Shown here in pieces: positions 25,473-32,000 of a DNA stretch of 32,000 bases (position 1 is the stretch's first letter; each line of letters begins with the position of its first letter). The position numbers were made by a program, and so were the translations under genes. The stretch is from Psychrobacter cryohalolentis K5. GTDB lineage: Bacteria > Pseudomonadota > Gammaproteobacteria > Pseudomonadales > Moraxellaceae. The notes beneath the pieces are model-generated. The model did no database searches. It was given only the letters and a program-made list of their open reading frames with translations, and was not told the DNA's origin. Location: contig NC_007969.1 of assembly GCF_000013905.1 (NCBI RefSeq), forward strand, positions 810,001 through 842,000, in the 5' to 3' direction.

Positions 25473-26174
25473 TTATGGGCGCTGATAGAGTCGACTGACA
25501 CTTGCAATCAGCGCCACCATGACCATACCCATTATGATAAGAATAGCAGACATCATGTGTGCTGCCTCGTAATTCAATGCTTCTACTTGCTCATAGATAG
25601 CAATGGAGACCACTTTGGTTTCCCCCGAAATACTGCCACCAATCATCAATACCACGCCAAACTCGCCAATGGTATGCGCAAAGCTGATTAAGCTGCCAAG
25701 GATGATACCGATTCGAGCTTGCGGTAATGCTACCCGTATAAAGCGTCTGAAACGGCTAGGTTCCAGCAAGCTTGCAACCTCCATGACACTGGTTGGAATG
25801 CGTAAAAATTGCGCATAGACAGGCTGAACAAAAAAAGGCAACGAGTAAATAATAGAGCCAATGACCAGTCCTTCAAAGGTAAAGACAAAGGCGCTGATAT
25901 TGTATTGCAACAGCCACTTACCGATACCAAAATTGGGGCTTAACAATAATAATAAATAGAAACCAATCACTGTAGGCGGCAAGACCAGCGGCATGGCAAT
26001 CACGCCCATGAGCATAATTTTGATGCGCCCAATAATCTGACCACGACTCGGCTTTGCCAGCCAATAGGCTAATGGAGTTGCGAACACCAGCAAGCACAAG
26101 GTAGTGACACCAGCAAGCTTGATGCTTACCCACACAGGAAGCAGCATATCTGAGATAAGAGCAGGAGACATCAT
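25473..26174 (-). CDS. modB: molybdate ABC transporter permease ModB
   Basis: 233 aa, about 5-6 TM helices. EAA-like loop EVASLLEPSRFRRFIRVALPQARIGI and TIGEFGVVLMIGG are typical of ModB/CysTW-type permeases. Confidence 0.85.
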   Translation of the reverse strand: MMSPALISDMLLPVWVSIKLAGVTTLCLLVFATPLAYWLAKPSRGQIIGRIKIMLMGVIAMPLVLPPTVIGFYLLLLLSPNFGIGKWLLQYNISAFVFTFEGLVIGSIIYSLPFFVQPVYAQFLRIPTSVMEVASLLEPSRFRRFIRVALPQARIGIILGSLISFAHTIGEFGVVLMIGGSISGETKVVSIAIYEQVEALNYEAAHMMSAILIIMGMVMVALIASVSRLYQRP

Positions 26175-26392
26175 AACGTTACTGTTTATTTACCTTTTAT
26201 CTAATAGATCGCTTGTAGCTTATATAGAGCATCAACTATAAAGTACCATTTATCACATCCTTTTTTTTCAAACATCATGATAAGAAAACACATTTATAAT
26301 GATATTTAAAGCCTTATGATAAGCGTGCTCACTGATAAAAGACAGTATAAAACGGCTAGGATGGCTTTTTATTCATAGTGGCTATAGATAAA

Positions 26393-27220
26393 TTACCGAA
26401 CTGCTAAATAACCAGCTCTAGAGAAGTAAGCTTGTCCTGTAGGAGAACGTAGATAATCCGTGAAATCTGCTGCATTTGCTTCATTAGTAATGAGTATGCC
26501 GTCTTGTAAGATAGCAGGATAAGATGTTGGTGCTAAGAGGTAAAAATGCTCAGGTGTTGCTTTCATTGCTATGACTTGTGAGTGCGCAACAAAGCCATAG
26601 TCGACACTACCAGTATGGGCATATTGGAACGCTTGACCGATATTTTCCGCTTGGATAAGACGTTTTTGTGCTATTAGCGCCTCATATAGATTTTGCGTTT
26701 GTAGATAGGATTTTGCAGATGCACCATAAGGCGCAAGCTCAGGATTGGCAATGGTGATTTTGCTCTTATCATTGCTATTAAGGAGCTCAGTCAATGTGTT
26801 TTGATCGAATACACCGACAGTTTTGGTGGCACTATAAATGGACAGTTGCCCTTGGGTATAAGTAAAAGGCGTATGATTTGCATCACCTTTAAAAACCTCA
26901 TTTAGCAGCTGCGCGGGGAAGTCTTGGTTGGCTGCTAAAAAGATATCATATGGTGCACCTGAGATAATTTGAGAATAAAGCTTACCTGATGAGGCAAAAG
27001 TGACTTCTATTTCTTGGTTAGGTAAACCCTTATCAGTTTTGTAGCCTTCGATAATTTCAGGCAATACGTCCGATAAATTGGCAGCTGCAGCGATACGGAG
27101 TATTTGACTTTGCTCAGTGGTATTGTTGATCTCAGCTGGCAAGTCAGTACCTTTTTCTTTAGTACAAGCCGTTAGAATCAAGGCTAAGCTCAGTGATGAC
27201 ACTGTTATATTCTTACCCAT
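26393..27220 (-). CDS. modA: molybdate ABC transporter substrate-binding lipoprotein ModA
   Basis: 275 aa with lipobox LTAC. ModA-like blocks FASSGKLYSQI, ANPELAPYG and AHSQV. The ATG overlaps the moaE stop by 8 nt. Confidence 0.85.
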   Translation of the reverse strand: MGKNITVSSLSLALILTACTKEKGTDLPAEINNTTEQSQILRIAAAANLSDVLPEIIEGYKTDKGLPNQEIEVTFASSGKLYSQIISGAPYDIFLAANQDFPAQLLNEVFKGDANHTPFTYTQGQLSIYSATKTVGVFDQNTLTELLNSNDKSKITIANPELAPYGASAKSYLQTQNLYEALIAQKRLIQAENIGQAFQYAHTGSVDYGFVAHSQVIAMKATPEHFYLLAPTSYPAILQDGILITNEANAADFTDYLRSPTGQAYFSRAGYLAVR

Positions 27221-27704
27221 TATTGCTTAGCCATTTTGAAGAGTCATCTTGGTAGTATTCTTGCTTCCAAACGGGAATGTCCGCTTTTATCGTATCTAAT
27301 ATCCAGCGGCAGGCATCAAAAGCAGGATAACGATGGGCAGAAACCACCCCAACCCAAACCGCCACATCACCAATCTCTAAAGCCCCGATACGATGAATGG
27401 CAATAGCGTGAGTAATTTCAAAGCGCTTTTTGGCTTCTTCGATAATGGCACGTCCTTGATTGAGTGCAAGTTCTTCATAGCCATAGTAGGTCAAGCGGTT
27501 GACGCTACTGGCATTATTGTGATTACGTACACGACCTTCAAAGCATACGAAAGCGCCGCAGCTGTCATCATCAAGGGTTTTCTTTAGTCGATTTTCATCA
27601 ATGTCTGAATCTAGTAGCGCAAAGCCATCACGTTCAGCGATGAGATAAGCCTCATCGATGCTACGCTTAATGCTCATCGACTGCCCATGTACTTGGTCTG
27701 CCAT
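27213..27704 (-). CDS. moaE: molybdopterin synthase catalytic subunit MoaE
   Basis: 163 aa. Contains GAFVCFEGRVRN and VWVGVVSAHR...PVWKQE, characteristic of MoaE. Confidence 0.9.
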   Translation of the reverse strand: MADQVHGQSMSIKRSIDEAYLIAERDGFALLDSDIDENRLKKTLDDDSCGAFVCFEGRVRNHNNASSVNRLTYYGYEELALNQGRAIIEEAKKRFEITHAIAIHRIGALEIGDVAVWVGVVSAHRYPAFDACRWILDTIKADIPVWKQEYYQDDSSKWLSNNG

Positions 27705-27765
27705 ATATTGTCTCTATTTATTATTCTTAAAATTTTTAGCAATACAAATAAGCGTCTAAATACTA

Positions 27766-28050
27766 TTAACCGCCTGCTACTGGAGTAATGAAAACCACGC
27801 TATCGCCATGATTAATCTCATCTGTCCACTTGGCAAAGTAATCGTTTATTGCCACACGCAGCTCTGACTGTGGACGGCTAAAACGATGCTTCTGGCGCAG
27901 TTGCTCGTATAACTCGGTCAATGACGTAGACTGTGGTACGTTTACTTTTTCTTCATGACAATTGGCTTCATCGGCTAAGCTGGCAAAGTATAAAACGGTG
28001 ATATTCATCGTCGTATTGATATCGTCACTGCTTTCTATTAAATCGCTCAT
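27766..28050 (-). CDS. moaD: molybdopterin synthase sulfur carrier MoaD
   Basis: Ubiquitin-like small subunit ending in ...PVAGG. ATG 28050 is preferred (GGAG 7 nt upstream) over the ORF-track start at 28062. An ~14-aa N-terminal extension precedes the canonical MNITVLYFA. Confidence 0.85.
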   Translation of the reverse strand: MSDLIESSDDINTTMNITVLYFASLADEANCHEEKVNVPQSTSLTELYEQLRQKHRFSRPQSELRVAINDYFAKWTDEINHGDSVVFITPVAGG

Positions 28051-28110
28051 AGAAGTCTCCATTATTTATTAATTGCCAAGCTTTATATCTATCATATCGC
28101 TATAGCGTAT

Positions 28111-28617
28111 TTACGCATGTTGATAGTCAGATTTGCCGCCCGTCTTATTCATCAGATGGATGTTATTGATGATGATGTCGTGAGAGATGGCTTTGGTCAT
28201 ATCATAGATAGTTAGGCAAGCGATGCTGACGGCTGTCAGTGCTTCCATTTCTACGCCGGTTTTATGCGTAACTTTGACAGTAGCAGTGACAGTAATGCTG
28301 TTTTGACTATCGTCGTATTCAAAATTTAAACCAATCTTATCTAATGGCAAGGGGTGACAAAGTGGAATCAGGTCATGGGTACGTTTTGCAGCCATGATAC
28401 CTGCGATATGAGCGGTCTGCGTGATACTGCCTTTTTTGGTCATACCATCAGCAGCTTTGATTTGCTCATAAATTATCGCAGGGAAGATCACTTGCCCCTG
28501 CGCACGCGCTTCTCTTGTCGTCGCTATTTTGCCACTCACATCGACCATGGTGATATCACCGTCGCTATCTAAATGCGACAAGGCAGTTTGAATGGTTTTT
28601 TGACTGCTGATATTCAT
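28111..28617 (-). CDS. moaC: cyclic pyranopterin monophosphate synthase MoaC
   Basis: 168 aa. Contains MVDVSGK, IAGIMAAKRTHDLIPLCHPL and GVEMEALTA, which are MoaC signatures. Confidence 0.92.
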   Translation of the reverse strand: MNISSQKTIQTALSHLDSDGDITMVDVSGKIATTREARAQGQVIFPAIIYEQIKAADGMTKKGSITQTAHIAGIMAAKRTHDLIPLCHPLPLDKIGLNFEYDDSQNSITVTATVKVTHKTGVEMEALTAVSIACLTIYDMTKAISHDIIINNIHLMNKTGGKSDYQHA

Positions 28618-28660
28618 TTATCATTTCTCTTAAATGGCTAGTTTCTCTCAGTAAATCTTA

Positions 28661-29425
28661 TTATATATTACGTAAGGCAATACAGGCACGCTCAAAATCT
28701 TTAGGCGTATTAAAATTGGTAAGAGATTGCCAATCCTCTGAAAACGTTACAGGCTGCACAAGCGGCTTAATAAACTTCATCACTTGCCGCTGTCCATCGT
28801 CAATATAATCCTTCAAATTAGGTTCAATACTTAAACGATAAATACCTAACAATGGAGATAAATGATGCTCATCGGTGAGACAAATGACCGACTTATCTAC
28901 AGCTTGCGTTATATAAGGTTGTAGTTTTTTCCATAAATCGGTTGCAGCAATCAAGCTATCACAGCTAATAACCATTAGCCAAGATGCGTACGAATTTGCC
29001 GCATTGACTAATGTCATTGAGCTGGTCAAATATTGTAATGCCGCCTCTATGGCGACCAATGCGCCGCCAGTTTCGATCTGTTCATTGTCATTACTAGCAA
29101 AATCGTCAACCGAAAGGTAATCAGTGATATGAATGATGGGCACTTGCGGGTTATTCAAAATCAAATCTGGATTGATACCAAAACCACGACCGTTATCTGC
29201 AATCATAATAGGCACATTATAAGCAGTGGCTGCGCTTAGTTTAAGCGCTTGCCTGACATGATAATCAAGCAATCGCTCATTGATTGGTAGCATCAACTCA
29301 GCTTTAGGCGAACCCATACGTTTGGATGCACCGCCTGCTAAGATGACGATACCTGCTAAGCGATTCAAGTGATCTATATCGCTTGAGCTATTTACACTTT
29401 TTAAGGTATTTACAGCATCTGTCAT
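28661..29425 (-). CDS. mobA: molybdenum cofactor guanylyltransferase MobA (long variant)
   Basis: Contains ILAGGASKRMG, VISCDSL, PLLGIY and NFNTPKDF. ATG 29425 lies 2 nt after the moaB stop. At ~255 aa it is longer than the ~195-aa size I recall for MobA, with inserted segments. Confidence 0.75.
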   Translation of the reverse strand: MTDAVNTLKSVNSSSDIDHLNRLAGIVILAGGASKRMGSPKAELMLPINERLLDYHVRQALKLSAATAYNVPIMIADNGRGFGINPDLILNNPQVPIIHITDYLSVDDFASNDNEQIETGGALVAIEAALQYLTSSMTLVNAANSYASWLMVISCDSLIAATDLWKKLQPYITQAVDKSVICLTDEHHLSPLLGIYRLSIEPNLKDYIDDGQRQVMKFIKPLVQPVTFSEDWQSLTNFNTPKDFERACIALRNI

Positions 29426-29427
29426 GA

Positions 29428-29958
29428 TTAATCGTGACCGGGGTTGGTACGCATAAAGTGCGGAACAAAATTGCATGGGCGCGTACGGCTATCCAGCTGC
29501 TCTTGTAAGATGCCTTCCCAAGCAGTACGGCAAGCGCCTGATGAGCCGGGTAGGCAAAAAATGCCTGTACCATTTGCCATACCAGCTACAGCGCGAGATT
29601 GGATGGTAGACATGCCGATATCATCTTTTGAGATTAAGCGGAACATCTCGCCAAAACCATCTACTGACTTGTCAAACAAGACGCTGACTGCCTCTGGAAT
29701 GCTGTCTCTAATATAAAACCCCGTACCGCCAGTGGTAATCACTGCATGAACATTTGGGTCCGCAATCCAGCCGCTGACAACGGCTCTAATCTTATAGATA
29801 TCGTCGGTAATCAGTTGACGATCAGCAAGCTGATGCCCTGCTGCGGTTAACTGATCGACCAGATACTGCCCTGAGCTATCTTCTGCCATCGTACGACTGT
29901 CAGAAACCGTTAAGATGGCGATATTAAGTGGGGTAAAAGGTGCTTGCAGCTTGCTCAT
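29428..29958 (-). CDS. moaB: molybdenum cofactor biosynthesis protein MoaB (MogA-like MPT-binding fold)
   Basis: Contains ILTVSDSR, VITTGGTG, SRAVAG and LPGSSGA. ATG 29958 (MSKLQ) sits behind SD AAGGAA. The ORF-track extension to 30021 would overlap moaA. Confidence 0.88.
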   Translation of the reverse strand: MSKLQAPFTPLNIAILTVSDSRTMAEDSSGQYLVDQLTAAGHQLADRQLITDDIYKIRAVVSGWIADPNVHAVITTGGTGFYIRDSIPEAVSVLFDKSVDGFGEMFRLISKDDIGMSTIQSRAVAGMANGTGIFCLPGSSGACRTAWEGILQEQLDSRTRPCNFVPHFMRTNPGHD

Positions 29959-30010
29959 GAATGTTCCTTGATAAATATGCTTATTATGAAAAATATTGCT
30001 GATAAATAAA

Positions 30011-31114
30011 TTAACCACCAATCATCGACAAGTTATTCATAATGCCACTGTTCGAGTCATGAAGATGATGGTGCTCAGGTTTAATGGGCATAAAACTATG
30101 TAAAGTACTGACCAGTCCTGCAACATCATCTTGCTGCAAATGCTCACGAATGTCGTAATTGCCTTGATCAAATAAGCACAGATGCACTTTGCCTTGACTG
30201 CTAACCCGCAGGCGATTACAGCTGTCACAAAAATGGGCTGCATATGGGGCAATCAGTCCGATACGCCCTTTATAATCAGGATGACTGTACTCAATTGCTG
30301 GACCGTCGTTACTGCCGCGTTCATGAGTTTGCCAGCCGTCTTCTATCAGATAATTGGTAATGATGTCGGTTTGCGCATGCTGAGCAAAAAACAAATCGCT
30401 GTTGTCACTGGTCTGCATAAATTCAATAAAGCGATAAGTGACTGCTCTATCTTTGACATAATCAATGGCATTCATTAAGTTTTCAAAGGCAGTTTCTGCC
30501 ATCAGAATGCTGTTTATTTTAAGCTTAATATCGGTGGTTGCCAGCAAGGTATCCATATCAGCCAAGAGTTGCGGCAACATATCAAAGCCAGTCATCTTAT
30601 GGAAAGTAGCGGCATCAAAGCTGTCCATACTGATATTAAGCTGATTTAGTCCAGCTGCCTGCCAACTAGCCAGGTGCTTACCAAGCTTATAACCATTACT
30701 GGTCATGGCAACGGTTTCAATGCCTTCAGTGTTTTTGATTGTTTTAATAATGTCTACCACATCACGGCGTATAGAAGGCTCACCGCCCGTAATCCTGACT
30801 TTTTTGGTGCCAACTTGGGCAAATCCGCGGATTAACGTAGCAATTTCAGCGACACTAAGCTCATCTTGGGGAGGTTTGCCTTGATAGCCATTGGGCAAGC
30901 AATACTCACAGCGAAAATTACAGAAATCAGTAATCGATAAACGCAAATAGGTCAGACGTCGTGCAAAGCCATCTGTTAATGGTTGAGCTAAGTTAACTGC
31001 AGAATCAGTAGACAAAACTGCCAATTTCGATGGTAAATGATCATCAAAAAAACTAGATGCAGCAGTAGGCGAATACAGTTGAGCATTTCCTACGGTGGGG
31101 GCAAGATGGTTCAT
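30011..31114 (-). CDS. moaA: GTP 3',8-cyclase MoaA (radical SAM)
   Basis: Radical SAM motif CNFRCEYC and C-terminal cluster CDSCNRLRVSSQGKVHLC, ending ...MIGG. An ~40-aa N-terminal extension precedes the conserved LTDGFARRLTYLRLS. Confidence 0.92.
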   Translation of the reverse strand: MNHLAPTVGNAQLYSPTAASSFFDDHLPSKLAVLSTDSAVNLAQPLTDGFARRLTYLRLSITDFCNFRCEYCLPNGYQGKPPQDELSVAEIATLIRGFAQVGTKKVRITGGEPSIRRDVVDIIKTIKNTEGIETVAMTSNGYKLGKHLASWQAAGLNQLNISMDSFDAATFHKMTGFDMLPQLLADMDTLLATTDIKLKINSILMAETAFENLMNAIDYVKDRAVTYRFIEFMQTSDNSDLFFAQHAQTDIITNYLIEDGWQTHERGSNDGPAIEYSHPDYKGRIGLIAPYAAHFCDSCNRLRVSSQGKVHLCLFDQGNYDIREHLQQDDVAGLVSTLHSFMPIKPEHHHLHDSNSGIMNNLSMIGG

Positions 31115-31342
31115 AGATGATTACCATTAATATAAAATATAGTGTGTACTTTTAAGCGTTGCCTCAGGTTGTGAGTGAAATAGGCTATTCAGGTATAAAT
31201 ATGACCGAGTAACTACAAATAACGATCAACCGTCATTCAATTAGTGACTAACACCAGAGTAGCAGTTAGATAATAAATGTTAAGTTTCACACGGTCTATA
31301 GCATAGAGGTTTATTCACTGTATCATTTTTAAGCGACATTCA

Positions 31343-32000
31343 CTATATCCAAGGGAAAGGTTGCACTTGTACGCTTTCGCCAGCGGCTACATTGCCAGAA
31401 TCTTGTGCCATTACAATAAAGCAGTTGGCATGGCTCAGCTGTTTGATACGGTGTGATTGTTGTTTGGTAAAGCTTTCAACGTAAAAAATGCCTGCTTCAT
31501 CTTGGGTTAAAACGCCTCTTTGGAAGTCCTTACGACCCGCTGATTTTTTAACATCGTTTTTAAGTGTTGCCATGACTGTTAATTGCATGGGTCGCTCTGA
31601 ATGAGACGCGCCTGCCATTTGCCACAAAGCAGGAATTACAAACTGTAGCGTACCAACGACCGTCGATAGTGGATTACCAGGCAAACCAAAATATAAGACA
31701 GGCTTGGCAAGGTTTTGCGTCAGCTCACCAAAGACAAACGGCTTACCAGGTTTCATTGCGACTTTGTAGTGGTTAATCTTGCCCAATTGCTCAATGACGG
31801 TGGTCAAAAAATCATAATCACCAACGGATACACCAGCGGTAGAGATCAGTACGTCACACTCTTGCATGGCTTGAGTGACAGCAGCCGTCGTTTTGTCTAA
31901 ATCATCAGGGATAATCCCATAATCACGAATATTTATAGGTAAATCAGAGAGCAGACTTTTAAGAGTGGGGGTATTAGAGTTATAAATCTGCGCCAAGCTT
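31343..32000 (-). CDS. moeA: molybdopterin molybdotransferase MoeA (C-terminal part; 5' end outside window)
   Basis: MPT-binding domain (LISTAGVSVGDYDF, MKPGKPF, GLPGNP) plus the C-terminal beta domain. The frame stays open to the window edge; the ORF-track 'M' at 31996 is an internal TTG Leu. Confidence 0.88.
   Translation of the reverse strand, partial: SLAQIYNSNTPTLKSLLSDLPINIRDYGIIPDDLDKTTAAVTQAMQECDVLISTAGVSVGDYDFLTTVIEQLGKINHYKVAMKPGKPFVFGELTQNLAKPVLYFGLPGNPLSTVVGTLQFVIPALWQMAGASHSERPMQLTVMATLKNDVKKSAGRKDFQRGVLTQDEAGIFYVESFTKQQSHRIKQLSHANCFIVMAQDSGNVAAGESVQVQPFPWI

Overview
Moderately AT-rich chromosomal window. Gene content and the many low-complexity Asn/Gln/Thr/Asp-rich linkers suggest a Moraxellaceae, Psychrobacter-like gammaproteobacterium; this is inference, not computed. 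Left third, housekeeping: the 3' part of a class II fructose-bisphosphate aldolase, ruvA and ruvB (with an intrinsic terminator between them), the minus-strand ubiE-ubiJ-ubiB ubiquinone operon with an orphan helical protein upstream, a two-domain PPK2 (polyphosphate:AMP phosphotransferase type), a PiT-family phosphate transporter behind a ~750 nt ORF-free spacer, an XRE-HTH::AlaA aminotransferase fusion, msrB, a glutathione peroxidase, and a tRNA-Val(TAC)/tRNA-Asp(GTC) pair with a near-consensus promoter. Middle: directly after tRNA-Asp lies an ~8.5 kb copper-resistance block. It has a seven-gene minus-strand operon: two small secreted proteins, a Met-tailed cytochrome c, a DUF411/CopG-like protein, copA, copB with a 30-bp tandem repeat, and a membrane-anchored DUF305 protein. 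This operon is divergent from copRS, and CusR/CopR-type boxes are present. The block ends at a degenerate copy of the tRNA-Asp 3' end, which suggests an old tRNA-targeted island. No integrase is present. Right third: a Tsx/OmpK-family outer-membrane channel preceded by a hand-foldable three-way-junction leader that can sequester its SD (candidate riboswitch, possibly Moco class). It is convergent with a long minus-strand molybdenum operon, moeA / moaA-moaB-mobA-moaC-moaD-moaE-modA / modB, with no modC in the window. No transposase, integrase, CRISPR array, rRNA or recognisable defence genes were seen.
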